NCBI GenBank assembly: GCA_053919585.1
Contig: CM132818.1
DNA from: Euprymna scolopes
Taxonomy: Eukaryota
Length of the DNA stretch: 64,000 nucleotides
Direction: 5' to 3' (one strand)
The notes beneath the pieces were generated by a model that saw only the letters and a program-made list of their open reading frames with translations, searched no databases and was not told the origin of the DNA. Shown one piece after another: positions 1 to 13,646 of this stretch; the stretch's first letter is position 1, and every line of letters starts with the position of its first letter. A program made the translations under genes and the position numbers.

Positions 1-881
1 TATCTTTGTTACAAATGCAGAAGACAGGGTGTTCATGAAGATCAACAATCAAGTATTGACTCTCTGGTGCACATCCACATTAATCCAATTTTATTTGGAT
101 ATATTTTATATCAATTGTGTTGAATGACATGATGAAGTCTTATAATCACTTAAATCGGATGATCAAAAATGTAATTTTGTTTGTTTTTTTTTTTTGAGTA
201 AAATTCAGAATATGATAAAATGAAATAATAGTACCACCGAAACTCATCAAAGCTTATTTTAATCAATTGTATCATTTTAACTATTAATTAAAAAAAAAAA
301 AAAACATTAATAAAATATTAATTTTATTCTTTTGTTCACTCATGTTTTTTTTAACAAAATAAAATTTGGTTTTAATTGTAATACTTAATTTTTAAATTTG
401 GATAATTTAAAATTTTAAAGGGGGGAGTAAGTATTTTAAGATTAATATTTTAACATAGCTTTCTTTACAGCAATGTTTTCGCTTTTATTCAAATATTTCA
501 ATATTTAATTGCATGTATTTTTTTTATTTTTCTAATCTCTGATTTTAATGGGATTAAAATTATAATACTTCTAAAAAAAAATTCTGTTCTACCAAAGCCT
601 TCAAATTAAATTTCAATAGACAAAGCATTTTCTAATCCCATAACTTCAGTTGTGTAATCTGTTCCCACTTATATCATTGTGTCTTTGATTGATTTGAAGT
701 ATTTGTTCCTAGATCTCTGACTTTTTACAGATTTCAAACTTGTCACATTATTAACCAAAATCAAACAATTGTGATGCTTTAAAATAATCTTTTTGATTTG
801 TGAAAATAAATCTTATTTACAATTTAAGCAATATTTATCATGTTTCTCTTATTTATTATATTTATTTATTTATTTTTTTAG

Positions 882-911
882 GACCCTGGTTGAAAAACAT
901 CGATCCAAAAG
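882..911 (+). CDS. 30-nt internal phase-1/phase-1 exon, (G)PWLKNIDPK; probably the last exon of a long N-terminal region of a reticulon-like (RTN1/Rtnl1-type) gene
   Basis: Poly-T tract + AG at 880-881; AAG|GTGAGT donor at 912; length is a multiple of 3 and the frame is open. The peptide resembles, from memory, the segment just before the 'V-x-x-L-x-YWRD' RHD start in invertebrate reticulons (not verified by search). Confidence 0.7.
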
Positions 912-994
912 GTGAGTTATGCCATTCTTGTTCATTCTCTAAAAGTCTCATCCATTTCTTTCCAGCATTTTAATTACGTTTTATTTCTCCACAG

Positions 995-1017
995 ATTTCC
1001 ACAAACAGGAGCAATAA
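995..1017 (+). CDS. Candidate short alternative terminal exon (D)FHKQEQ* after an 83-nt intron
   Basis: ttttatttctccacAG acceptor at 993-994; in frame (phase 1) with exon 882-911; TAA at 1015-1017 overlaps AATAAA at 1013-1018. Confidence 0.45.
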
Positions 1018-2640
1018 AAGAGATCACTTAATAATCACGGGAAATTATTGATTTTGAAAAAGTCACTTTCAACTAAGCTCTTAAGTATTTTAATGAAATT
1101 TTTGTAATCAACAGCTACTTCTTTACAATCACACTGCCATGAAAATATTATTTAAATGTAATTGTTAACAAAAATGCTGTCAACATAAAAGGAAAAATTA
1201 ATCCAGTAAAAAATACATGGGAAAAGGGAGGTATTTACTATATAAAAATGATTTAAAATGTTTATCCAGTTTTTGACTATAACAAAATCAAGAGTCCATG
1301 CCATTTCTTAAATGGCTTTTTCCCCGTTGACTATAACATATTGCTGGTCCAGTGTAGTTCTAGGGGGTTCACTTTGCCAGCTTTTGCCAGGGTTAGTTTG
1401 TTGCTAATTGCCTGAGGCACCTCAGCCTAATTAAGCAGCCCAGACATTTTTGCAGGCCAGAGTGCTCCTTCTCTGGGGCACTGAATCTTCAATTTCACTT
1501 TCCCACCCAAGTATTACATCTTGCTATGGGAGAGAGATAAATACCCAAAACCTTTTTCTATTTCATAAACGGTCACTGTTTTAACTTATTTTATGCAAAA
1601 AAACAAAAAAAAACTTTTTCATTACTATTATTTGTGTTGTCATCTTGCATGTATCTCTGAGACTACAACAACACTCATTTCATGTTTGAGTGCATGAAAT
1701 CTGGATGGATATTAAGATTTTGAAGCACTCAAACATAAAAAATAGTGAGCATTTTGTGCTTCCATAGTATGCAAGGCAAACAACTGATACAAATAGAAAG
1801 TAAAGAAAACCAATTTTTTGTTATCAAAATAACGTATGAAGATTGTTATTGGAGTACCCTTCTCCTCCCCAAAAGCATTCGATTTAAAACCTGAAGCCCT
1901 TTTAATTTTCATGGTTGTGTGATTTGTGAAGAAGTGCAAAACATTGTTTTTTTTTTTATTTTTATAGAATCCATCTTTGGTTTGGAGGGGAAAAAACACC
2001 AGCAAACTTAAACTATAAATGTAAATTTAAATATACTTATCTAGTTTTATTAAACTTTTGATAAATGATTACAAGGCGTGTGAGTATCAAGTATAATTGT
2101 GCTGTGCAGGTAGGCAGACTTAGAATGTTTAAATTATAGTTGGCTTGCGTACTAACCTTAGATTATGACACATGTTCCAAACCTGCGCAGATAATACATA
2201 GTTACACACTACACAACTCTGTATGTATGTGTGTATGCATGTTTTTCTTTCTTTTTTGTTAAAAATGATTTTCTCCACACTGCAAAAGAAAACATTAAAT
2301 AGCCTCGTTGAAAATATAAATCTGTAAATTTTAGATGTTAATGTGATTTTTTAATATTTCCAACAGTCGTCTGTCTTTTTTCAAGAAATTTATTATTTGA
2401 TTAAAAAAAATAATAAATATTGAATACATTTTTTTTCTTTGTTTTTTAAATTATGAACAACTGTCTTTTGATAACACACTCAGGTTTATGTGTGTTTGGC
2501 AGCTTTTTATGTTTTAATTTTCTCCTTTTTATTAAGTCAATGTTAGCATGTTTATTATATTCTTATTAGAAATAAGTAATTTGTTCATAGTTAAAATGAG
2601 ATCTTTCTCAGTTGGTAAAACTGTACATATAGTAAACATG

Positions 2641-2699
<59 letters not shown>

Positions 2700-5224
2700 G
2701 GAAAGCAATTTCTAAAACTACTACACTAATTATTCTTAAATTTTAGAAATAAATTCTCTGCCTATGTAGCTAACCTGGGTGTTGTTTATAAAACTTTAAA
2801 TATATCAATGGAAATAAAAAAATTATTACATATTAAAAATCAGATTTTTGACATCAGACATAAATAGAATTACTTCTGCTAAATCTATATTTTATTTCGC
2901 TTACTCAGTGAAGTATGAATGTTTAAATTTGTGTTATTCACATAATATAAACAAAATTCTAATGTATTTTAGTGATTACATATTACATTCAGCCAGATTA
3001 TATCCTGTTACTACACAATAAACTCTATTTTAAAATTCATAAACTTTACACAATAAAAAATTCTAAATTATTTTATGATCTTTATTTTTTGCATAATGAA
3101 TACTGAATTCCAATTTATTTCATTAATTACATATTGTATTCGGCCAGATATATCCTTTAATAAGAACTACTTCATGATAAACACTATTATTTTTCTATAT
3201 TCATTAGCCAATCACATTGCTGTAACAGATAGAGCAATGTCATTATGTGTGTCTGTTATTTTTGCCCACAGAACATTTTCTTTGGAATACAGTTTCTTTA
3301 CAGAAAGAAGATCCTTTCATAGACTTATTATTTATGAATTATAAAATTACTAGCACGATCCATGGAAATACTACGAAATGAAAAATATATTTAATCAACA
3401 GATCTGTTTTGATAAAACTGATATTTTCCTGGATAGTGCAAAAAAAAAAAAAAGATTAGTATTTTGAGAGAAAAATCAACATGCAGCAAATATGAGTTTA
3501 TTAACATAGCTATGAAAATAGTCTCCATTGTATTTTAAATATAGAATCAACACAAATGGCGATTTAGTTTTAAACAAAATAACTTTGGATACAATAAAAG
3601 AAAATGTCTACAATAAATATAAGATTAGTTTGCATAACAAAAACACGAATACAGATAATACCTGGCAATGCTGTGTAGAAACAGCTAGTGAAATATTTTA
3701 AATCTTATTTTTTTTATGTTTAGATTATGAGGTTATTGTAGTAAAACAAATTTCTCTTTTAAATTTAACATTGGAAAAATCCTAAATATCTTTCAATTCA
3801 ATATCAATGTTTGAAACAAATGCTCTTATCTATAGATGAGCAGTAAAATACATTATTTTACTTTTATGTCATTTTAGACTTATTTCTATTAAACAAATTT
3901 AATCTGTTTGAAAGCAGTAGGCATTTAAATTTCAAAGGACATTTACTATTGACATTTAATCTGTTCATGAAAATTCAAAAATACTTAAAAAAAATTTTAT
4001 TATTAATTCTTTTTTACCCTTATAAATTGTTTAAATATTATAGACCTCATTATAAACCTGTCCTATAAGCAAATATTTACTTATTATAGTTTTAAAGATG
4101 ATCATAAAAATGACCATACTTAAATCTGTATTTGTGGGTTAAATTAAAGAATAGATTTTTTTTTTTATATTTGTCCTTCAGCTTGCAATCATGATCTTTC
4201 AAAAGTTTTTTTCTTACTCTGTACAGACTCACTTCCGCCTACTGTTTTGCATAGCAATGTATATTTGTGTCGATCAGGAATTTTGGATTGTAATGTGAGA
4301 AAGTTTCTAAACATAAGATTCTTGCTTAGAGGATTTTTGCCTGCTGAGTTAGAAAAAAAAAATGCTAAGAACTTTTCTTGGTAGTTCGTCTTCTTTTTTA
4401 CCTATTCTAACGAAAGCTTGATACACTGGCTTTGGTTTTTGAAGGATTGCGTGCAAGAAAAGGTCAAACTAAACCTTTTAGATGCACAGAAATTTAAAAC
4501 TTTAATTTTATTTGTTTAGAAGAAACAGATAGTGAGTGTTTTGTCTTGAAGTATTTTCGTTTGAAGATGAACAGATGCTAATTTAACCAATGAGTAAAGT
4601 TGATATATACAAGATGTGGCTTGGGAAGACTATGGTGAACTAGACCAGACATGATAAGTAATATATATATTAGTTGTACTTACCCAGTCCTTTAGTTTAA
4701 GAATAAATTATCTTTGTTAAAAGAAGTATTTTTTTTTTAAAAAAAAAAGGTATTTAATTGATTTACAATTAATTGATAAAAAAATTTTTTTTTTATTAAT
4801 TTGATTTTTAGCTGATTATCTAAAAATGATTCATATTCTGGGCCAGATGACTCATAAAGTTGTGTTTTTAATTGTAGCGAAGTATGTTATATTGTCAACT
4901 AACATTGATCGGAACAAAAGCATACACGTACAACTCTTATATAATAGATGCCTTGAGGAATTTTTCTTTGCTAATTATTATAGTACATGACATTGAAAAA
5001 CAAATATATTAACTTTGTGGGTATTTGTTTTGTAGTTTTTAACTTTTAACTGCATATACAAACACATGCATGCAGATCGCCCTTTATATAATAGAAGATA
5101 AAGATACTAGGGTACAGCAATAATATGTGCTAGTTAAAAAAGTTAAGTTTTATTTTTCAGCTTAAATACTATTTAGGTCTAATTTTTAAAATTAGATAAT
5201 TTTCTTTCTTTTTTTTTATATATT

Positions 5225-6765
5225 ATATTTTCATCCCAAACAAGGCACAGTGCCTCTTTGATGTAGGGGGTTACTATCTGGGACATAATTTGCAGGAATA
5301 CTATATAGAGGGTTGAGCAGCAAGATGTCTGTTTACATTACACTTGAACTTCTGCATGTCAGTACAGTCGGGGAAGCAGGATCCCACTAGGGAATTGTAA
5401 AGTCCAGCACTTCTGGGGAAGAAACTATCAGAGTAGAAGGCTTTCTGGCATCTGGGTATCTCTAGTGTGTAAGGGTGGGATTTTGCTGCTTGTCAGGTTT
5501 GGCGGAAGAATTTACATCAAGGGCATGTAGCTTGTCGGAGTATCTACCATTAAAATACTTGTAAAACAGGCAGAGGTATGCAACATTTCATCGATGGGAC
5601 AGCAGTTGAAGCCTAGCTGAGAGTTCAGGACCTATTAGGTTGGAAACTCTTTTAAACCCTGTCTAAGAGGAAGAGACTAGTAGCAGATGCACCAGCCCAA
5701 ATGTGACAACAATACTTCATATATGGACGAGTGGTAACCTTGTAGCGGTACAGAATACTCTCAGGTGCAAGTAAATTTCTAACATGGTAAAGAGAGCCCA
5801 CCTTCTTCACAGCAGCCTTGGCAATGCCTTCAATGTATCTGTTCCAACTCCTGTTCCTCATGAACATCAAGCAGAGGAGTTTGAGCAAAGTACTTTCACG
5901 TAATGTATCATTAGCCATAGCTATTGGTGGTTTAGAAGATTTCTTGTAGTTATTAAAGGAAAGGAGCTTAGTCTTGGCAGCATTAAATGTGACCAACCAT
6001 TTTTGTCCCCATTCCACTACAGACTGGAGGTCTTCCTATAGGGTTGATGCCATTGTCATGTGTTAATTAGTTTTTCCTCTTGTGCCTGTTATAGAGCGTG
6101 GTGTCGTCAGAAAATCTCAGAGACAATTTTATCAGGGAGATCATTTATGAATATTAGGAATAATAAAAATCCAAGGATCGACCCCTGAGGTACACCTGCA
6201 TTTATGTCATATTGTTTGGACGTATGACTATCCAGGACAACCTGGATTCTTCTCTTATTTAAGAAGGATTCAATTATGTTAAGTATTTGTCCAGTAATAC
6301 TATATGATCTAATTTTCCTGAGAAGACCATCATGCTATACCCTGTCAAAAGCCTTAGATATATCTAGGGCTACTGCCCTACCTTCTCCTGCTTTATCCAG
6401 TGCATGGTATATGTTTAAAGATTACAGTCAGGATATCTTCAGTAGAACGAGCTTGCCTAAATCCATATTGTTTGGTTGGACAGAAGTTTAGCAATAATAA
6501 GGTGGTGAACTAGAGCTTTAATTATTATCAAATATTTTAGCAAAAAGAGGAAGGTGGCTAATGGAGCAATAGTTTAATGGGTCAGTTCTTTTGCCAGAAT
6601 TCTTGTAAACTGGTACCACAGAAGCAGTGTTCTAGCAGTCAGGAAACAACATTTGTTGAAAAGTTTGGAGAGAACTGGAGTAACCTCAACTGAACATTTT
6701 AATAGTACAGCCAGGATGAGATCAGGTCGACATGTGTTTGAGGTGTTTAGGTTTTTTATGATGCT
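5225..6765 (-). mobile_element. 5'-truncated, degenerate CR1-like LINE (RT C-terminal half + 3'UTR)
   Basis: Minus-strand RT motifs LDISKAFDRV (~6340-6367), GVPQGSILG (~6171-6196), FSDDTTLY (~6091-6114), and ORF 5652-6017 'WGQKWLVTFNAAKTK...RPYMKYCCHIWAGA'; stops and frameshifts; 3' end matches the copies at 21625-21965 and 41621-42313. Confidence 0.9.
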
Positions 6766-8068
6766 ATATTGAAAATGTATGCGAAATTTGTTAAATGAAC
6801 AGTAAAGTGAAATGTTATATCAAAATGACGTTTCTAACTTATTTTATTGTGGTGAACCTTTCAAAGATTCTAAATTATACATAGCATAAGTTTTTCTTGA
6901 CTATAATTTGAGAGCGTATTTTATGAAATAATTTTTCTCAGGCTTATTAATGATTTCACTTATATTTTTTGACGGAAAGCTTGGTTTAATGAAATCAAGA
7001 AAAATTCCATTGGAAGTTCCATCCGATTACTTTCTCACTGAAAATTTATAGTATTCTTATGGAAGACTTGATAGATTTTATATAATAGATAAGTTTAAGT
7101 TTGAAGACATTGTTGTAAATTCTATTCTTTCTTTGGCATTGTTTTTAAAGAAAGCTAATTGGTTTGGAGCTAAAACTCATATACTCATAATAAACAATTT
7201 CTTGATTAGGAAAGAACGTTTTTAAAAGGTTTTAAATATCATAATTAAACCTTCCCCTATTTAATCTGCTAAATCATTATTCAATGAGAATGAAAGCACC
7301 AAACAATATATTAGCATTAATCCGTTGAATTGTTGACGAGATAACACTGCATCAGATTGTGTATAATGATAATGATAATTCTTTATGTACGTGTAAACTT
7401 GATGATGATGCTCATCCATCGCTTGTGAAAATGACCATGATCTTCTGCAATTGTACTTTTAAATTTCTGGTGGAATATCTTGCTTTTTACTTCATTTAAC
7501 ATGCTCATGTTCAGATATTGTTATTCTAGTGAATGAAACACTTTTGACAGGCTTAAACTTGTCTTGCTGAATCCATCCTCTAGAATAAATTCTTATTATG
7601 CTACTTGTGTGTCTCTAACAAACAAAGGCAGATGCATGGTTTGTCTAATTGATATCATTGCTGATTATGGAATTCAAATTCTATCGAGGATCAATTCTAG
7701 TCATTGCTCACTAACACTGTTGGGAAAAATATTAATCTGCACCCCCTCCCTTTCCTCAGAGTTATCATTAAAAATGACAAAGATTTATTGTATAATTAAA
7801 TGAACGTAATAATAGGCTATTTAATGCCAAAACAAAATGCCTGTCTTCTGGTTTAACATCATTACTTGTCCCAAAGTTTGGAAATTTTGGTAGCCTCTTT
7901 GAAAACATTTAGTCAAGGTGTTACATCCAGAGATAGATTTTTATCCGGGATGTAAGCTTCTTAATCGTCCCAAGATTAAATCTCTACTCATTTAACTTAA
8001 CCAAATTGCAAAGAAAAAAAAATTGCCAAATTTGAACATGTAAAACTGATGCATTATCAATCTATCAG

Positions 8069-8163
8069 TTGGTCAAAGATCATTGGCTGGTGATGTCTTT
8101 CAATGTCTTTTAAACCATTTAATGGATTTTCCACGTTTGCATAATGGAGGCTCATGCAGCTGA
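8069..8163 (+). CDS. Weak candidate phase-1 terminal exon GQRSLAGDVFQCLLNHLMDFPRLHNGGSCS*
   Basis: ACTGAT branch-like motif, then tctatcAG acceptor at 8067-8068; open phase-1 frame to TGA 8161-8163; GC-elevated island. Confidence 0.25.
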
Positions 8164-8854
8164 GGAGGGGGCAAATCTGAGTATGATCAACTCTGCTTGA
8201 GTCCGTCAGATGAAGAAGATCTGATATTGAAAGCATCCATTAGCTTAGCTTACGCACATCAGACAACTATTCAAAACTCACTACACTGTATTGTTAGAAT
8301 GCAATTAAATGTTCAAACTGTTTGAAATGTAACATTTTTTAAATGCTAAAATTGAAATTTAACGTTTAAACAAAAATGATTAATAAAGTTATACAAATGC
8401 ATTTTGTCAAAAAGCATAATAATGGCTATCCTAAAAAAAAATGATCGCTTCGAATGGGTGTATCTGTGATGTTCTGATGTTACGCTTAGCTATTTGCTTT
8501 GGATATTTTTGTCTGGCAACTTGCTCACCCTCACCAGTTTTCCTTGTGTTATGGCATCAGTAAGTCAACCCACTTAACAATGCAGCATTCAAATAGAAAA
8601 TATTGTCAAACTCGTTTTTTTTTTCTTTGTTTCTCATTACTGTCACTTCCTTTCCTCTTGGTCCTTTGATGTTCTCTATCAATTTAGTTTTTCAGTGAGC
8701 AATAATTGTTCATATACATTTAAAGTTTCATAGGTGTATAGTATAGATAAATACATAACGACATCTGTATTAATATATAGACTAGCTGAAACTGTAAATT
8801 ACACAATTTTATTTCCATTTTATCTGTATCTGTGTTGTCTTTATTATTTTTTTG

Positions 8855-10100
8855 CCACCCTATGAGGTCAGTTTGATGGGGGAGAGTTATCCAGCTTCCC
8901 TAAAAAGGCGCTCTCCAGATAGAACAAAAATATAATTTCTAACTCAAAAGATTTCTTTTAACTTGCTATGAACAACATATATCTTTTTTATCTGATAGGC
9001 ACAAAATATCTTTTTGTCATGAATGTAGTTATATTTTACAAATTAGACATTTTTGTTCTTATCATGATTTTTAGAATATGACGTTTTTGTTCTGTGACAT
9101 GTACATACATCATAAAGATTTTTTTTGTATTGTTTTTTTTTTTACGTTGAATTCTGGACTTGCACCAATATTTTTCTTGTAATATTTATTTAGTTATTTG
9201 TTTTTGTTTTCTTTTTTACATATTTAGCATATTATTCTGTAATCTAACAAAACGTTTTTTAAGCCACTGAAATAATAAATCTTGATTTCAAATAAGAGGT
9301 AACAGGTGATAATGTTCAAATAATATGTAGATTAATGTAGCATTAAAAATTGATGGCATACTTTTCTTTATTGTTTACCTACATCTAAATTTGCTTTATT
9401 ACTTACCTACATCTAAATTTAAAGTCACTTGGAAAAAAAGCAGTCTTGTTCACAAAAAAATATTAATACTTCAAGTTAGATACTGTTGATGTATAGTATG
9501 CTGTTGCTTGGCAAACCAATATCGACACATCTCAGCATGAACATTTTAGCATTGCAAATACTTATTTAAATAGTGAGTATTGATTTATTGTTTACACAAA
9601 AAATTTTTAGTAAACATTGTGAAACAGTCTTCATAAGTAATCAATGATATTTTAAAGTATTTCAATTTGTTTTCATCTTATTTTTCCACTAATTTTATTA
9701 CTTAATATAGAAAATAAGAAATAAAATCTAAGACAACTTTATACACATGTGTTTTTATTTATTAATCAAATATTTATTAAAATTTTTAAAAATGCAGTTG
9801 CCTGAAATAAAACTAATTTTTTTAAAAAAATTGTATATAAAAAATAATTACGGAATTAAATACATCCTAACTCATTTTTGTTTTTTGTGAACAAGTCAGC
9901 CATTTTAATCTGTTTTTTAATAGTTGAAAAAAAAAAGAATGAATTACTTTATGAGCCTTTTAAAATTTGAAAGCATTTAATCTTTTTGTATTTATTTGCC
10001 TCCCTAGTGGAGTAAAATCAGATAAGCGGTCATTTTTTTATGTAGGAGATATACAGCTTCCCAAAAAGAGCACTCTGGATAGGACAAAAATAAGAATTAC
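8855..10100 (+). repeat. Two diverged copies of an interspersed repeat (~8855-8940 and ~10000-10100)
   Basis: Shared 'ggaga(g/-)(t/-)tat(c/a)cagcttccc-aaaaa-gc(g/a)ctct--ga(ta)g(a/g)acaaaaata' core in both. Confidence 0.6.
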
Positions 10101-10779
10101 CACAATCAGGAATTTCTCTTCTGTAAAGACATAACAAATACTACACTTCAAACCTAGCCCAAAGGCCAGAGATAACCACTTTAAAATCCTGAGCAAATCC
10201 TTATGTCTTGAAAGACTGAAAGAATTTTGGAAACTTATTTACATCTGATAATTTTATAGAGATTAAAGCATTACCTTAATAAAATTATAGTTTTATAACA
10301 ATTTCTTCAATTAATAATTTGATAAACAAATGATATCCTAATTAAATTTAACTTATTTTTAGGAGAAGAATTTTGTTTAAAAAAAATACTCCTGCATAGT
10401 TAAAAGTAAAATGAAAATATAGATTCCCAGACAACATCGGGTATGTAAAGCTAGTTCGTAATAAAAATAAAGTCATTTATTGCTGCAGACTCCTTCCTGT
10501 AACTGAGGAGGACCCCAAATAAGCCATGCCAGTAATAGCTGTTGCTTTTCAGTAGCAAGTAGGTTTAATGGGGTGGTGTTGCTAAAACCTCCCCCCCCCA
10601 CACACACATACACATAAAGCAAGTATGCACTTATATATATTAAGCTTCTCTCGCTTATCAATCAGTTAAACAAATGTTACAGGTTGGCTAGCTTTTTTGG
10701 CAGAACCCCCACAAAAAAAAGTAGGTACTGGTGGTGGAATGCTAATACGCCAAACTTTGTATTTGCCAACATAACAGAT

Positions 10780-11001
10780 TTTTTTATTGGCTTGTCTCGA
10801 ATATCACATCATGTAAGCTATGCTCTTATTGGTGGCTGCCTCTGACTCTTGCTGAAATGCAGCTGGGTTTATGTTTTCACCTGCATTCGAAATTTCCAAC
10901 ACAACTTTACCATTTGCCAGTCAGGCTCTGGTGGCAGAACACAGCACATAACTGCAGTTCTCAAATCTGCTGTTTGTCGACTGGCTAGCTGAACGAGTAA
11001 A
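10780..11001 (+). promoter_or_regulatory. Putative internal promoter / 5'UTR of the 11002 first exon
   Basis: Two ATTGG (reverse CCAAT) at 10786 and 10828; E-boxes CAGCTG (~10860) and CACCTG (~10878); in-frame TGA at 10990-10992 upstream of the ATG. Confidence 0.35.
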
Positions 11002-11872
11002 ATGGAAAATGCCAGTCAAGCAAGCTCTCGCATGCCTTACAGTGTAAGGAAGGAGAGACAACGACAAGCCAAACTAGCAGAAGAGGCTAAACTAGCAGCC
11101 AACAAAGAGGAGGGTCAGGTTGCAAAGAAAAGTGAAGATACCAAGGCTTACGTGGTTGAGGTTCAGATACCCGTGACACCAGAGCCTATAGTCTTGCAGA
11201 GCAAGTCCCCCTTCGAAGAATGTGCAGTGCTGAGCTTCAACCAACCTGCTGCTGTACCAGAGCCTGTCATAGATAATAGACCAGCACAGGCAGTAGACTC
11301 AGTTGAGACAGCCTTAGCTGAAGCGATACAAACCAGTGATCCAGAGCCTGTTGTCGTGAAGGAAGCCCTACCTGCAGAACCTGAGCCTGTTGAAGAAAAA
11401 CTGGTTACAAAAGTGGACTCTACTGTTGTGGAGGCCATACCATCTGCCCAAACAGAAACTGTAGCCATAACGACAGTATCGTCCATTCAGATCGAATCTG
11501 TGGCTGTGGAGGAACCATCACCCATTGTCCAGCCTGTAATCGTGCCCGTGGAAGCACCCCCACGTGTTCAGGCAGAACTCATCATGGCAGCTCCACCCGC
11601 CCAGACAGAACCCATAGCAGTAATGGATATCCCACCTGCCGAACCAGAAGTTGCTTTTGAGCAAGTGGAAAGCCCTGTCCAAGATGAAATTATTCAACCA
11701 ACCGTTAAGGATGAAGTTCTTGCTACTCCTATCATAAGCGAAGAAGTGATTTCTGCCTTACCTACTGTCGTAGCGGAAGAGTCAGCACCTTCTCCAAAGG
11801 TGGAAGAAGCCCCTCCTGCACCTGTTGAGGAAGAAAATATTGAACTTATACCTGCATCAGTTCGACAGAAAG
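11002..11872 (+). CDS. Alternative first coding exon, 290 aa acidic Pro/Glu/Val/Ala-rich low-complexity (likely disordered) N-terminus; probably a reticulon-like isoform N-terminus
   Basis: Long GC-elevated ORF; AAAATGG start with an upstream in-frame stop; composition drops to AT-rich intron right after AAAG|GTATTG (donor 11873), giving phase 1. The ORF-track tail to 11970 is intron read-through. Confidence 0.85.
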
Positions 11873-12620
11873 GTATTGCCTTGACTCCTCTTGCTGTGTT
11901 GATTTTCCGTTTGATAAATTTTGGTTTATTTAAAGGTTATTTTAGAACCTCTTTTTTAAAATCTGATTAATTTTTATAACTTCCTATTATATAATACAGT
12001 ACATTCTTTTTTTTTTATTCTGGTGTATAATACAGAATCTCTTAAAATGTGAGTTTTATTTATTAAGTAAACTTAACTTTTAAAATCCTAATTTATACCG
12101 TTCTATTATATGACCAAAAAACTCTTTAACCTTGATTGTTTTTATATCATTCTATTATTCAACTTAATGTGCTTTTATATTATTTTAGCCATTCATATTT
12201 TTCAGATTTACTTTTACAATTTATATAACTGTCACATTTGTCATCTTATTTGAATTGTCTGCTTAATTAAAGTTGTCATAATTCAAACACTTTTTTTTTT
12301 CTGTTTTATAGATTTTCTACAAACATTTTGAATACACCCATTTATTTTTTTAAAGTACTTTATAACATAATCTTATACCTTTCTCCAGCTCTCCTAAAAA
12401 CTATTCCAGTCTAATGATACTAAACCAGAACTGGTAATGACAAATTATCAATGACCTTTCCTAGTATTTTTCCCTTTCTTTCAGTATTTTTTTTTTTTTT
12501 TTCCTTCTAAAAAAAATTTTTTAGAATCGATGCTATAATCATATTCTGGCTTCCAATATAAGCACGTTATTGAAAACTTTGTAATGGATTTTAAATGTTG
12601 GATAAACTAGAAATTTCCCT

Positions 12621-12658
<38 letters not shown>

Positions 12659-12884
12659 CCAATTTTCCAGAATTTGTTAGATGAGAATTGATAATTTGTA
12701 TGTATATTATTCAGACTACTATTCTATCAAGACGGGAATAATCGTCTGAATAATAGAAAAACAATTTTATTTTAAATCAAAAAATATTCGACATCTGTTT
12801 TTAAGTTGTTACTAAAATCTAATCCCTATTATTCACCATTGACTCTATGCAATTAATCTGACAAGAATTACTATTCAACCAATA

Positions 12885-13025
12885 TTATGGGAGAGAAGGA
12901 TGAAGGGGTTCATAGCTTCCACAATGATCTTAATAGATAAATTATATAATAATCTAATAGGATTTGAAATTGGTATAGCTGATTCCATTGTCTGTTTCAG
13001 TATCCATTAGCCTAAATATGCTCAA
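12885..13025 (-). mobile_element. Degenerate tRNA-type SINE-like repeat (related pieces ~30530-30580 + and ~31920-32060 -)
   Basis: Shared 'ggggttcata(g)cttcc..aa...ataggatttgaa(a/c)tt(g)..atagct' motif; resembles an abundant octopus repeat from memory. Confidence 0.45.
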
Positions 13026-13646
13026 ACCTGTTTTGGTAATTAGATATAATATGTAGAATGCTTTTTGTCTCATTATTCATTATGTCTCATACACTTGTCT
13101 TTCACAGTTAAAAAATATAAAATAACTATCTAGCATATAGTTATTTTGTTGAATTTTTCAAATCAGATCCAAATATTTGATACAATTTTGATTTTGACTA
13201 GCCAATTTTCATTTGTTATTGTTGTATTATGGTATTGACAGTATAACATATTTTGCTACAATTTATTTATTTTTTTTTTAGCTCTGCCCCAACCAATGCT
13301 AATGTAAAACATTTTTAATAATCATCAAAAGAATCCTAACTCATTTTAAATTAAAGAATATAACCATTGTGCATCTTAAATTTAAAAATGTGCAAAAAAA
13401 AAAATTTCATTCCCCAAATCTCTCAAATTTTGATCAATAATTATTTATACGATTCAAGTATTGATGATAAACTTTGGGTCTCTCACCAAGGATAGATGAA
13501 AATGCTCCCCAAATTAACAAAAATTAGAATTTTTGAATATCTATATATAAAATCCTGAATCAACCAAAACTTGTGTTAAATATTTGTGACAATATCCATT
13601 GGGCAATATTATTCGTCAAATCCTCAGTATATATTACTATTTCATA

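Noticed and set aside
4226-4660. Possible promoter/first exon (CACTTCCG ETS-like motif, short ORFs)
   Set aside because: No consistent ATG-to-donor frame could be assembled.
8538-8565. Isolated GTAAGT donor after ATGGCATCA
   Set aside because: 22-nt interval is not frame-preserving and has no other support.
11163-11486. Antisense 107-aa ORF
   Set aside because: Shadow of the + strand low-complexity exon.
11873-11970. C-terminal 32 aa of the 322-aa ORF
   Set aside because: Follows a consensus donor and switches to T-rich intron composition; treated as intron.
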